Below, piece after piece: positions 48,965 through 59,587 of a DNA stretch of 64,000 bases. The position numbers were made by a program, and so were the translations under genes. The first letter of the stretch is position 1. Every line of letters starts with the position of its first letter. The notes beneath the pieces are model-generated. The model did not search any database and was not told the DNA's origin. It saw only the letters and a program-made list of their open reading frames with translations. Source of the DNA: a bacterium (GTDB lineage: Bacteria > UBA8248); the NCBI GenBank assembly GCA_965204535.1, contig OZ241996.1, forward strand, positions 544,001 to 608,000, given 5' to 3'.

Positions 48965-51766
48965 TCAGGACATCATCGGGTTGGTTTTTTCGGGGTCGAT
49001 ATCCAGGTCTTTCATCGCTTTGTTCACGAGTTCGGGGTATATCTTCTTGTCTCGCGCAAGGCCGTACAAAGTGGCGAGCACGATGTAGCGCGCATCGATT
49101 TCAAAGAAATCTCTCAAGGATTCCCTCGATTCGCTTCGCCCGAACCCCTCGGTTCCCAGCGAAATCATGGGTTTGGGCACCCATTTCGAAATCGAATCGG
49201 GTGTGGCCTTCACATAGTCCGAGGCCGCCACGCAAACGCCGGGTGCGCGCGCGAGGCATTGCGTCACGTATGGAGTTTTCGGTGCGCTGTCCGGATGCAG
49301 CATGTTCCATCGCTCGACTTCCAGGGCGTCTCGCCTGAGTTCCTTGTAGCTCGTGACGCTCCAGACGTCCGCTGCAATCGAATATCGTTTCTCCAGCATT
49401 TCCTGCGCACGGAGCACCTCGTTCATGATGGTGCCGCTGCCCAACAATTGCGCTTTGATACCCGAGTCCGCCTCCGAGCGCTTGAAGAGATACATGCCCT
49501 TCAATATGCCCTCCTGCGCCCCTTCGGGCATCGGAGGCATGGCGTAGTTCTCGTTGTAGGCGGTGAGGTAGTAGAAGATTTTTTCCTGTTCCTGGTACAT
49601 TCTGCGAATCCCGTCCTGAATGATCAGCGCCATCTCGAAGGCGAAAGCCGGGTCGTAAGTGAGAAGGTTGGGAACGGGATAGGCGAGATGGTGGCTGTTG
49701 CCGTCCTGGTGCTGGAGTCCTTCCCCGTTCAGGGTGGTTCTGCCGGCCGTCCCGCCGATCAGGAAACCCCGCGCGCACATGTCCGCTGCCGCCCATATCA
49801 GATCGCCGATGCGCTGGAAGCCGAACATCGAATAGTAGATGTAGAACGGGATGGTGTTCACGCCGTGGGTGGCGTAGGCGGTCCCGGCGGCGATGAACGA
49901 CGCCATCGAGCCCGCCTCGGTGATTCCCTCTTCAAGGATTTGTCCGTCTTGCGCTTCTTTGTAGTACAGGAGGCTGTCGCGGTCGACGGGCTCGTACAAC
50001 TGTCCGGCGTGGGAGTAGATCCCGATTTGCCGGAACAGCGCTTCCATGCCGAACGTCCTGGCCTCATCGGGCACGATGGGAACGATAAGGCTGCCCAATC
50101 CCTCGTCGCGGAGCAGCTTGCTCAGGATTCTGACGAACACCATGGTCGTGGAGACTTCGCGCCCATCCGTGCCTTCCAGGAACTCCTCGAATAACTCATC
50201 AGGCGGCGGTTTGAGCGGCGTGGAAATGCTCCGCCTCGTGGGAACGTATCCGCCGAGTTTTTTCCGCTTTTCTTTCAGGTATTGAATTTCGGGGCTGTCC
50301 TCCGCCGGCCGGTAAAACGGCGCCTCTGTCACTTCCTCATCGGACATGGGAATCTCGAAGCGCGTGCGGAACTCCTTGAGTTCATCCTCATTGAGCTTTT
50401 TCTGCTGGTGGGTGACGTTTCGGCCCTCGCCGCCCTCGCCCAGGCCATACCCCTTCACTGTTTTCGCGAGGATGACCGTGGGGAGACCCCTGCATTCCAT
50501 GGCGGCCTGGTAGGCGGCGAACACTTTTTCGGGGTCATGCCCCCCGCGCCGCATCCTGTTGAGTTTCTCATCGGACACGGTGTCGGCCATCGCCTTCAAC
50601 CGCTCGTCGCCACCGAAGAAATGCTCGCGCAGGTAATTGCCCTCCTTGACCTTCTCGACGCTGTATTTCTGGTATTGGCCGTCGACCGTCTCGTTCATCC
50701 GCTGGAGAAGCGCGCCCTCATCATCCATCGCCACGAGAGGATCCCAGTCGTCTCCCCAGATGACCTTGATGACGTTCCACTTCGCGCCCCGGAAGGCGGC
50801 CTCGAGTTCCTGGATGATTTTCCCGTTGCCCCTGACGGGGCCGTCGAGACGCTGCAGGTTGCAGTTGATGACGAAGATCAGGTTGTCGAGTTTTTCCCGC
50901 GCGGCCAAGGTGATGGCGCCCAGCGATTCGGGTTCGTCCATCTCGCCGTCGCCCAGGAAAGCCCAGACTTTCTGGCCCGTCGCGGGCTTGAGGCCTCGGT
51001 CTTCCAGATAGTGCAGATAGCGCGCCTGGTATATCGCCATCAGGGGAGAGAGTCCCATCGAAACGGTGGGGAACTCCCAGAAATCGGGCATCAGCCAGGG
51101 ATGCGGGTAGGAGGAGAGGCCGCCCCCCTCTTTGAGCTCGCGCCGGAAGTTTTCGAGATTCCTCTCCGTCAGGCGTCCTTCGAGGAACGCTCTGGCGTAG
51201 ATGCCGGGCGCGCTGTGGCCCTGGAAGTAGATGATGTCGCCGCCCGAGGGATGGTTCTTGCCCCGGAAGAAGTGGTTGAATCCGATTTCGAGCAGCGTGG
51301 CGGCCGATGCGTAGGTGGAGATGTGCCCGCCGATGGAGGCGTCCTCCCGGTTGGCGCGCACGACCATGGCCATCGCGTTCCAGCGGACGAGGCTCTTGAT
51401 CCGCCGCTCGATCGTCCGGTCCCCGGGGAAGGGGGGCTGTTTTTCCAGCGGGATGGTGTTGATATACGGCGTATTCGCCGAAAACGGGCGGACGACGCCC
51501 GCGCGCACCGCGTGAACCTGCAAATGGCGAAGGAGGGTCTTCGTACGCTCGGGACCTCTGGTTTGAAGGACGTAGTCGAGCGATTCGAGCCACTCGTCGG
51601 TTTCTACCTCGTCGAGTTCGGTTTCAGCGTCGGGAAGGGGCGCGCCCGCCGAGTCGGGCAGATACCTCGAATCGCCGGAGCCGTCCTGCTGCGCCCCGTT
51701 CGTCGAGATGGACGATCCATCCTCCCTTACCGGTACTTCCCCGATATCCTGAGGATTCGTCTCCAT
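48965..51766 (-). CDS. aceE: Pyruvate dehydrogenase E1, homodimeric type
   Basis: ETDEWLESL, GGHIST, SSYPHPWLMP, GDGEMDE, YSMFGFQR and GEGLQH. Confidence 0.97.
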   Translation of the reverse strand: METNPQDIGEVPVREDGSSISTNGAQQDGSGDSRYLPDSAGAPLPDAETELDEVETDEWLESLDYVLQTRGPERTKTLLRHLQVHAVRAGVVRPFSANTPYINTIPLEKQPPFPGDRTIERRIKSLVRWNAMAMVVRANREDASIGGHISTYASAATLLEIGFNHFFRGKNHPSGGDIIYFQGHSAPGIYARAFLEGRLTERNLENFRRELKEGGGLSSYPHPWLMPDFWEFPTVSMGLSPLMAIYQARYLHYLEDRGLKPATGQKVWAFLGDGEMDEPESLGAITLAAREKLDNLIFVINCNLQRLDGPVRGNGKIIQELEAAFRGAKWNVIKVIWGDDWDPLVAMDDEGALLQRMNETVDGQYQKYSVEKVKEGNYLREHFFGGDERLKAMADTVSDEKLNRMRRGGHDPEKVFAAYQAAMECRGLPTVILAKTVKGYGLGEGGEGRNVTHQQKKLNEDELKEFRTRFEIPMSDEEVTEAPFYRPAEDSPEIQYLKEKRKKLGGYVPTRRSISTPLKPPPDELFEEFLEGTDGREVSTTMVFVRILSKLLRDEGLGSLIVPIVPDEARTFGMEALFRQIGIYSHAGQLYEPVDRDSLLYYKEAQDGQILEEGITEAGSMASFIAAGTAYATHGVNTIPFYIYYSMFGFQRIGDLIWAAADMCARGFLIGGTAGRTTLNGEGLQHQDGNSHHLAYPVPNLLTYDPAFAFEMALIIQDGIRRMYQEQEKIFYYLTAYNENYAMPPMPEGAQEGILKGMYLFKRSEADSGIKAQLLGSGTIMNEVLRAQEMLEKRYSIAADVWSVTSYKELRRDALEVERWNMLHPDSAPKTPYVTQCLARAPGVCVAASDYVKATPDSISKWVPKPMISLGTEGFGRSESRESLRDFFEIDARYIVLATLYGLARDKKIYPELVNKAMKDLDIDPEKTNPMMS

Positions 51767-52051
51767 GGATAGCGCATCTCCTCACTCAAGGCAGCATCGA
51801 TATGGCCTGAATATATCACGTCCGGCCCGTGAACGGAAACGCCCCGATTCATGGGGCGGGGCACTCCGGGGGGCGTGCGGCGGTAAGGCCCATCGGCGGG
51901 CCGGCGCGCAAATGCGGGGGAATCAGGAAACTTTTTTTGTCGCTTTATTTGAGTGTCCGGCGCTCAGATTTACATGGTAACTCTTTTTATTACAACCGAT
52001 TAAACGGGAAACAATTTTCAGAAACTTATCGAAGAACCAAGCGCCGGCTTT

Positions 52052-53404
52052 TCATGTGGAACGGGTCGACAGCAACTCCGCAACTTCTTCGGCTGCATCG
52101 ACGCCGCTTGCCAGGGCGCCGTTCACACAGGGAACCCGCATGTAGTCGCCCGCCAGGAAGAGATTCTTGACGTCGCGTTTGATTTGAAGGCGCATATCCG
52201 CTATCGCCTTGAACATGCCGGGAGGCCCCATGCACACAGCCTCCGGCCAACGGTACACGCGGGTGAACAGCCCCTCGTCGTCACCGGGGAGTCTGGAGCC
52301 TGGAGGGGGGTTCCGGCGCGCATCTGCAAGCATTCGGCGCTTGATTTCTTCGTCGTCAAGAGGGAACAACTCCTCGGCGCGCTCGCGGCCGACGAGCAAA
52401 TCAAGCGTGCTCTTTCCCGGCGGTACGCAGGCCGGCAGGTTGATGGATCGATCCAGAAGCAGCGGCGTCTCGTCCTCGGGATACAACGCTCCGTGCCAGC
52501 CGGGAGGAAGCGGGCGATGGTCGAGGCCGATCACCACTCTGCATCCGCGCGAATACGTTACCTTGCCCAGTGCGCTGCGAATTCCGCTCGGCAGATCCGG
52601 AATGAGTTCAGACACCTTCGTGGCTTGCACGGCGCAGATGACGGCGTCGGCCTCGATGGGTCCGTCGTCCACGATCACGTTTTTCACAGCCCCGTCGTGG
52701 ATGACCACGCTTCTTGCGGGCGTGGAGACGCGGATGTCGGCCCCGCAGGCGCCTGCCAGGGCATGGGTCAACTCCCCGGCTCCTTTTTCCGGCACGTATA
52801 TCTGGTCGGACTTCAGGAGCATTTCCGACAAATATGTCTGCATGTATGCAGCGCCGGAGTATTCCACGTGGCCCATCGTCATCTCCAGGAACCCTCGGAT
52901 CGTCATCTTCAGGGACTCGGTTGCGCCGCGTCTGTTTAGATAGTCACCGAAGTTCTCCATCCCTTCGATTTCGACGATCCGAGAGTCGCCGGCAAAATTC
53001 AGATACTCCGATTGAGCCTTTATGTCTCTGGCCAGCTTCACGAACCCGGGGGACAGCAATCCCAGCTTCCAGAATGTAGGCAGGTTCTGGACGGCTGTGC
53101 GGATGGACTTGATCGGCGTCGTCATAATCCACTGACCGTTTCTGTACCAGCCGAGGTTCATATCCGAGCGAATCAGGGGCAATTCCAATTCTTCGCACAA
53201 GCGAAAGGCGGCGTCGTAGGAGGAACAGAAGAAGTCTGCTCCCTGATCGAGAGAAAAACCGTCCACCCTGTCGCCGCCCAGGCGCCCGCCTACCTGATCG
53301 CCTGCTTCGAACAAGATGGCCTTGATGCCACGTTTTTTGAGGGTATAGGCGGCACTCAATCCGGCTGCTCCCCCTCCGATTATAATGACTTTCTTGGTGT
53401 TCAT
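52052..53404 (-). CDS. FAD-dependent oxidoreductase (protoporphyrinogen/amine oxidase family)
   Basis: IIGGGAAGLSAA, EA...VGGR, DQGA and LAGDY...GALASG; start ATG 53404. Confidence 0.85.
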   Translation of the reverse strand: MNTKKVIIIGGGAAGLSAAYTLKKRGIKAILFEAGDQVGGRLGGDRVDGFSLDQGADFFCSSYDAAFRLCEELELPLIRSDMNLGWYRNGQWIMTTPIKSIRTAVQNLPTFWKLGLLSPGFVKLARDIKAQSEYLNFAGDSRIVEIEGMENFGDYLNRRGATESLKMTIRGFLEMTMGHVEYSGAAYMQTYLSEMLLKSDQIYVPEKGAGELTHALAGACGADIRVSTPARSVVIHDGAVKNVIVDDGPIEADAVICAVQATKVSELIPDLPSGIRSALGKVTYSRGCRVVIGLDHRPLPPGWHGALYPEDETPLLLDRSINLPACVPPGKSTLDLLVGRERAEELFPLDDEEIKRRMLADARRNPPPGSRLPGDDEGLFTRVYRWPEAVCMGPPGMFKAIADMRLQIKRDVKNLFLAGDYMRVPCVNGALASGVDAAEEVAELLSTRST

Positions 53405-53489
53405 GATTTTCGTATTCTCCTGGTCAAGTCTGTTCCAAATGGCGAGCCGGGTCGTGAAATTGCGGAGATTATTTCCTGCGGGCGCGGCA

Positions 53490-55775
53490 TCAGACATTTC
53501 TCCTGTCGAAATTGATCAGCAGAATCGGAAGAAGCAGGAAATCGGTCAGGAGCGCAAAAATGATAGTGATCGTGACCAACAGGCCGAGCACCTGATTGGG
53601 TTCGAACCCGGAGGCGGCGAAAACCAAAAACCCCGCAGAGAGGGCCACGGTCGTCGTCCACAGCGCGTGGCCCACGGTGCGGAAGGCGTAGCGCACAGCC
53701 TCAGTCGCAGAGAGGCCTTCTTCGCGCCGCGCCTTCAGATATTTGCTCAAAAAGTGAATCGTATCGTCCACGATGATTCCGAAGGTGACGGCGAGAACCA
53801 CCGAGGAAGCAAGGCCTATCCGTCCGACCAGATGGCCCCACAGGCCAAAAGTCATGAGCGCGGGAATAAAGTTGGGCAAAAGACTGAAAAGACCGAAGCG
53901 AACGCTTCTGAAAATCACGATCAAAATGAGCGATATCAGGGCCATGGCGATGATCGTGCCGCTCATCATGCTCTTGATATTTCGTTGTGAGACATGAGCC
54001 ATGATGATGCTCAGTCCGGATGCTTCCTGCGCGAAACCGGGCGCATTGGCGCGGAGCCAGGCCTGGGCGCGATTGCCGAGCTCACGCAGGTCCCGCGACG
54101 TCGCGTCCTGGACCGTGACGGTCATGCGCGTTGCGGATTTCGCGACGTCGATGCGGTTGTTGAGGTCCATGCCGAAGGGGAGCGAAAACTCGTAGAGCAG
54201 CAGATATTGTGCTGCGAGCCTAGGGTCGTCGGGGATCCTGTAGAACGCCGGGTCGTCGCCGTGCATGTTCTTGTTCAGGCGCTTCATGACGTCCGGAAAC
54301 GCCTGAACGTGGCTCACCTTGGGCTGCTTGCGGTACCATTCGGCGAAGGCCCCGACGTTTTTCAGGTACGCGGGGTCGGTGATGCCGCCCTCGCGTCCTG
54401 CCTTGAGCGAGTATTCCAGCGAATCCAGGCCGGTCAGGTTCCTGGAGATGTAATCCGCATCGCGCCGGACCCGGTAGCGTTCGTCGAAAAACTTCGCGAG
54501 GTTATCGCCCAACTCGATGCGGAGAATGCCGATGAACAAGACGACTACCCCAAGAGCGAAGATTGATAACAAAGTCCTGCGCCGAGCGATGACGAAGTCG
54601 GCGAAACGCTCGAAAAAGGTGGTCCCTTGAGAGCGGACGCGAGGTGCTCGCAGCGGCAGAACCGAGAGCAGCGCCGGAAGCAGCGTCATGGAATAGACGT
54701 AGGCCCACACAACGCCGAGCGCCACGTAATTCCCCAGGACGTGAAAGGGCGGCGAATCCGAGGTGTTCAGGCTCAAAAACCCGATCGCGGTCGTGAGAGA
54801 GGTCAGAAACACAGGCCATGCGTTGTGTCGAAGCGACTCCGCGATCGCCGAATATTTCTCGAGGCCGCGCCTCATCTCAATGAGTGTGCTCGTGACGATG
54901 TGGACTGCATCTGCGATGGCTATCACCATGATGATAACCGGTACACCGGCGTTCGTGGGGCTGAACACCGCGCCGAGCCAGCCTGCTATTCCCATGGTGG
55001 TAATGATCGGGAACAGGAGAAAGATAATGATTGCCAAGGTCCCGAAAAACGATCGCAGGAGAATAATCGTGAGAGCCGAAATGACGAGAAACACGATTGG
55101 CAACAGCACCTTGTTTTCGGCCTGCGGGGCATCCTGGAAAGCCCGGTTAATGACGACAGTGCCGGTCATGTAATAGTTCATGTCCGGGTGGCTCGCGCGG
55201 GCCTTCTTCAAAACGGCGTTCAGGTAGTCGGTTATCGCGACTACACCTGCGTCCTGGTTTTTCGGCAGAACGAAGGTAATCGCCACTCCGCCCACGCGAC
55301 CGTTACGGGAGACGAGGCGATCGACGATTTCCCTCTCGTTCAGCGCGATTTTCCGGATTCGCGCAAGGTCGGCGTCGGTGAGCGCGCCCGCGTCGTCGAC
55401 GAGCGGCTCGACGATCAGATCATCCCCCTCCGCCCGGCTGTGGTTGTAGTTCGTTAAGGAGTCGACCCGGCTCGAATGCGGCGTTTTCCACGCGGCTTCG
55501 GTCAACTCCTCGAGCGCGACGAGCGCCTCTTTGGTGAACACCGTTCCCCTGCGGGGTTCAACGGCGATCAGCGCGTTGTCGGATGAGGAGAAGGTGTGTT
55601 CCAGCGCATCGAAAGCAAGGAGGTAAGGGTTGTCCTTTTTGAACAGAATGCGGTAATCGCTCGCAACGGTGATGAATCGCCCGCCCGCTCCCGCGATGAT
55701 CATCAGCAAAACGGCCAGCGCTATGATCAGCCACCGGTGGCGCAAAACGGCGTCGATGTATCGGTCCAGTTGCAC
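53490..55775 (-). CDS. MMPL/RND family transporter
   Basis: Two repeats of a TM bundle with IADAVH and GIIVDDTIH; probable GTG start at 55775. Confidence 0.88.
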   Translation of the reverse strand: MQLDRYIDAVLRHRWLIIALAVLLMIIAGAGGRFITVASDYRILFKKDNPYLLAFDALEHTFSSSDNALIAVEPRRGTVFTKEALVALEELTEAAWKTPHSSRVDSLTNYNHSRAEGDDLIVEPLVDDAGALTDADLARIRKIALNEREIVDRLVSRNGRVGGVAITFVLPKNQDAGVVAITDYLNAVLKKARASHPDMNYYMTGTVVINRAFQDAPQAENKVLLPIVFLVISALTIILLRSFFGTLAIIIFLLFPIITTMGIAGWLGAVFSPTNAGVPVIIMVIAIADAVHIVTSTLIEMRRGLEKYSAIAESLRHNAWPVFLTSLTTAIGFLSLNTSDSPPFHVLGNYVALGVVWAYVYSMTLLPALLSVLPLRAPRVRSQGTTFFERFADFVIARRRTLLSIFALGVVVLFIGILRIELGDNLAKFFDERYRVRRDADYISRNLTGLDSLEYSLKAGREGGITDPAYLKNVGAFAEWYRKQPKVSHVQAFPDVMKRLNKNMHGDDPAFYRIPDDPRLAAQYLLLYEFSLPFGMDLNNRIDVAKSATRMTVTVQDATSRDLRELGNRAQAWLRANAPGFAQEASGLSIIMAHVSQRNIKSMMSGTIIAMALISLILIVIFRSVRFGLFSLLPNFIPALMTFGLWGHLVGRIGLASSVVLAVTFGIIVDDTIHFLSKYLKARREEGLSATEAVRYAFRTVGHALWTTTVALSAGFLVFAASGFEPNQVLGLLVTITIIFALLTDFLLLPILLINFDRRNV

Positions 55776-56599
55776 GAGTATTATCGCATCCTCATCGCGG
55801 GCAGGCCGTGAATCATGCCGCCCGTCATGATTCGTTCCTGTTTGTCGCCTTTGTCGCCGCCCCCGCCGCAAGAAATTGTATTGTTCTCCATTCAAAGGAG
55901 TCGCGGCGGGGACGACTCGCCGTCCGGATGTGGTCACCGGATTCAGCTTCCATTTTACAAAAAATTTCTATCTTTTTCTATCTGAATTATCTATTCGCAT
56001 ATTATTGTCGTGTACATTTGCGTTTTTTGCCGTATTTCCCGCTCACGGGAGGCGCTGACGATGAACGGATGCGACGAGGCGTGAGGGCCGCGGGAGTTCG
56101 TCTCCCCGGGGCTGAGCGCAGAAGAAGTGCATCGCCTGACGAGTTGCCGGCCCGACGGGCTGAGGCTGTTCGAATATCTGCGCGATCAGGAGGCGGCGCT
56201 GAGGCTTGAGGATTTTCCCGGTCACATCCGCTCGCCGGGACTCTCCGGGGAGTTGGGCCATTGCCGGAACTTCCAGGACACGCCGATACGCCACCGGGGC
56301 GCGCGTGAGTTTGAATCGATCCGCTTTCGGCTTGATTATGGACTCTGCGGGGCCGGTTCGGAATCGCCTCGAAAACCAACCCCCCTGCGCTTCGTTTCGT
56401 AGGGGTTTTGTAGGGACAACCCTCCGCGGTTGTCCTGCCCCCGTTGTCCGGGGTCGCGGCCTGTCCCTCCCCTCGCGCAAACGCCCGTCGTCGAAAAAAT
56501 TCAGGCGCAAGGGAAGCGAAGTCGTGCTACCATCGTCCCGGCGCGGGCGAACGCGCCCGCCTTCTGCGATCGTATCCTCATCAGGCATGGAGCGTAAAA

Positions 56600-57067
56600 A
56601 TGAGCATCGAAAAGAGGCTGGAAGAGCTCGGGGTCGAGCTTCCCGAAGTCCCGCCCGCCGTGGCGAACTACATCCCCGGCGTGGCGGTGGGCGAGGTGCT
56701 TTTCCTCGCGGGCACCATCGGCCAGTACAACGGAGACATCCCCATCCGGGGGAAGCTCGGCGGCGGGGTCAGCGTCGAGGAGGGCTACCAGTCGGCGCGC
56801 CTGTGCGGCTTGAACCACTTCGCCATGGCGAAAGAGTGCCTCGGCGGCGACCTGGACCGCATCGTCCGGGCCGTGCGCCTCGAAGGCTATGTGAACAGTG
56901 CGCCCGGCTTTCAGGAGGCGCCCTGGGTCGTGAACGGGGAGAGCGACCTTCTCGTCGAAGTGCTCGGTGAGGATCGTGGAAAGCACGCGCGCGCGGCCCT
57001 GAACATCAACGAACTCACCTACGACGCGCCGGTCGAGACCATCCTCACCCTGCAGATTCGTCCCTGA
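56600..57067 (+). CDS. RidA/YjgF family protein
   Basis: RLEELGVELP...VANYIP, GKLG, NGESDLL...GKHARAA and PVE. Confidence 0.9.
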   Translation: MSIEKRLEELGVELPEVPPAVANYIPGVAVGEVLFLAGTIGQYNGDIPIRGKLGGGVSVEEGYQSARLCGLNHFAMAKECLGGDLDRIVRAVRLEGYVNSAPGFQEAPWVVNGESDLLVEVLGEDRGKHARAALNINELTYDAPVETILTLQIRP

Positions 57068-57105
57068 GCGTCCATCACTTTGAAGTGGACGAACGCGTTG
57101 GTTCC

Positions 57106-57129
57106 GTAGGGGCGGCTCGCGAGCCGCCC
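57106..57129. repeat. REP-like palindrome
   Basis: gtaggggcggctcgcgagccgccc, same family as 18108, 19018 and 59735. Confidence 0.75.
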
Positions 57130-57278
57130 GATGGAATTGATAAGGAACGCGACCTTTTTGCTTTCTTTCCTTAAGAAGATTACCTCTTGCGTATCTCCTT
57201 TTGATGGGCGAAAACATACCTGCGCGTTTTGATCGTGGTATGATGCGCGTCGTTAAGGACGAACGAGGAAAAGCGAAC

Positions 57279-58379
57279 ATGGAAAAGTTGAAAACTATCA
57301 GGATCAAGGGTTTCCGGTCCATCAAGGAGATGACGCTGGAACTCCGGCCGCTCAATGTTCTGATCGGCGCCAATGGCGCAGGCAAGAGCAATCTCATCGC
57401 CTTTTTCAAATTAGTGAATGAACTCATGGGCGGGCGGCTTCAGCAATATATCGGGGCGACGGGGCGGGCTTCGGCCAATTTGCACTTTGGTCCTGCAAAA
57501 ACTCCCCAACTGGAAGCGGAAATGGTATTCGAGGGGGAAAGGGGAATAAACGCTTATCTCATGCGTCTTTTCCACGCTGCCGGTGATTCGCTGATTTTTG
57601 CCGAAGAGAAACTTTCTTTCCAGCAAACAGGTTATTCCAGCCTAAGGAGTATATCCTTGGGCGGTGGTCATGAGGAAACAAAGATTGGAGATGAGGCGGA
57701 AAAAGGTGGACCTGCTGCGAAGGCACAAAGGCATTTGCTGAATCGCTGCCGCGTCTATCACTTCCACGATACATCGCCAACTTCGAGAGTCAGGCAGTAT
57801 TGTTACGTTGGCGACAAACGCTGGCTCATGCCCGATGCAGCGAATCTGGCGGCGATATTGAATGAGCTGAAATGTTCAAAAGAAAAGGTGTATCACCGAA
57901 TTGTGGCGACGATTCGGCAGGTGGCGCCGTTCTTCGAGGACTTCAATCTGGAGCCGACTGATTCCAGGGATATCATCCTCAACTGGCGGCATCGTGCGTC
58001 CGATCTCGTTTTCGGCCCCCATCAACTCTCGGATGGCACGCTGCGGGCCATCTGCCTGATTTCTCTCCTGTTGCAGCCCAAGGAAAATCTCCCCTACCTG
58101 ATCGTGGTGGATGAGCCGGAACTGGGGTTACACCCCTATGCTCTGAATGTGGTTGCCTCCCTGTTTCAGGCGGTTAGTCAGCATGCACAAGTACTCGTAA
58201 GCACGCAGTCCAGCGCGTTTCTCGACAGCTTCGAACCGGAGGATATCGTCGTCGTCGAACGAAAGGGTGAGGCCACGGAATTTGGGAGACCGGCCGCCGA
58301 AAATCTCGAAGAATGGTTGGAGGATTACTCGCTCGGGGAAGTCTGGGAGAAGAACGTCCTCGGCGCGGGCCCGCACTGA
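57279..58379 (+). CDS. AAA_21-type ABC ATPase
   Basis: IKGFRSI, GANGAGKSN, LSDGTLR, VDEPELGLHP and STQS. Confidence 0.9.
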   Translation: MEKLKTIRIKGFRSIKEMTLELRPLNVLIGANGAGKSNLIAFFKLVNELMGGRLQQYIGATGRASANLHFGPAKTPQLEAEMVFEGERGINAYLMRLFHAAGDSLIFAEEKLSFQQTGYSSLRSISLGGGHEETKIGDEAEKGGPAAKAQRHLLNRCRVYHFHDTSPTSRVRQYCYVGDKRWLMPDAANLAAILNELKCSKEKVYHRIVATIRQVAPFFEDFNLEPTDSRDIILNWRHRASDLVFGPHQLSDGTLRAICLISLLLQPKENLPYLIVVDEPELGLHPYALNVVASLFQAVSQHAQVLVSTQSSAFLDSFEPEDIVVVERKGEATEFGRPAAENLEEWLEDYSLGEVWEKNVLGAGPH

Positions 58380-59056
58380 TGGTTCGGCTCCACCTCTTCG
58401 CCGAAGGTCAAACGGAACAAACATTCGCAGATACGGTACTGAAGCCGCATCTGGCGAATTTCGAAGTTTTTATGAATAAACCGGTCTTGATCGCGCACGC
58501 CAGAAAGAAAGGCAGAATTCACCGAGGGGGCGGTAGAAACTTCGCGGCGATGCAGAAAGACATCAATATCCGACTCAAGGAGGATTCGGGAAGCGGCGTA
58601 TTTTTCACTACAATGATCGACTTTTACGCCCTGCCTCCTGATTTTCCCGGCATCGAAGAAGCTCAAAAATTAGACCGCCTCCCATATAAGCGTGTGGAAT
58701 TTCTCGAAAGGTCATGGTTCGACGAGACCGGTGACAGGCGCTTCATCCCTTTCATACAGTTGCATGAATTCGAGGCTTATTTGTTTTCTGATATGTCCCG
58801 GTTCGACTTTTTCTTCGATAATGCGGATTCGAGAATCTCCGCATTGCAAAAAATAGCCGATGAAGTCCGGTCCCCGGAGCTGATCAACGACGGCCAACAT
58901 ACGCATCCATCGAAGCGGATCAGCGACCAATTTCCTGAATTCGTGAAACCGACCGATGGGCCACAGATCGCCGAGCGGATCGGCTTGGGGAACATCCGTT
59001 CCAAATGTTCTCACTTCAATGGGTGGGTTGAGCGGCTGGAGAAACTCGGAACCTAG
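58379..59056 (+). CDS. DUF4276-like (TOPRIM-related) protein
   Basis: AEGQTE, TTMIDFYALP, LHEFEA, PELIND...PSKR and CSHF; start overlaps the ATPase stop. Confidence 0.82.
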   Translation: MVRLHLFAEGQTEQTFADTVLKPHLANFEVFMNKPVLIAHARKKGRIHRGGGRNFAAMQKDINIRLKEDSGSGVFFTTMIDFYALPPDFPGIEEAQKLDRLPYKRVEFLERSWFDETGDRRFIPFIQLHEFEAYLFSDMSRFDFFFDNADSRISALQKIADEVRSPELINDGQHTHPSKRISDQFPEFVKPTDGPQIAERIGLGNIRSKCSHFNGWVERLEKLGT

Positions 59057-59296
59057 GCGCCGAGAGGCAAAGAAAATAGCCGGAGCGGCTCGCGATCCGC
59101 TCCGGCTTTTTCAAATGGCCTACTTCCAATCAAGTAATTGCCATTCCGGCATTCGCCGAAATGACGAACAAAGGCGAAAATTATTTCAATAGGGTTCAAT
59201 CGCGATCGATGCGTGGAGAATTTTACCTTGTGTAGGGACAGGTCGCGACCTGTCTCTACGAGTTCCCGAGTGTGGCGTTGCTGAAGGGAGTCAAAA

Positions 59297-59587
59297 TCAC
59301 GCCGCCCCGAGCTTCTCGACCTTGATTTCGTCTGCCTGGGCGCGCGCCCGCCAGAGGTCGTGGGCCATCTGCAGGCCGAGCCAGGTCTCCGGCGTCGAGC
59401 CGAACGCCTTGGAGAGGCGGATCGCCATCTCCACGGAGACGCCGGTGCGCTCGTTGACCAGTTCCGACAAGGTCTGGCGCGCGACGCCGATGCCCTCGGC
59501 GGCCTTCGTCACGGACAATCCGAGCGGTTCAAGACATTGCCGCCTCACGATCCCGCCCGGATGCGGCGGATTTTTCATCGCCATCAT
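59297..59587 (-). CDS. higA: HigA family addiction-module antitoxin (orphan)
   Basis: NPPHPG, LSVTKAA, EMAIRLSKAFG...WLGLQ. Confidence 0.92.
   Translation of the reverse strand: MMAMKNPPHPGGIVRRQCLEPLGLSVTKAAEGIGVARQTLSELVNERTGVSVEMAIRLSKAFGSTPETWLGLQMAHDLWRARAQADEIKVEKLGAA

Noticed and set aside
51770-52020. Riboswitch upstream of aceE
   Set aside because: Only short GC hairpins; no TPP or other aptamer consensus recognised.
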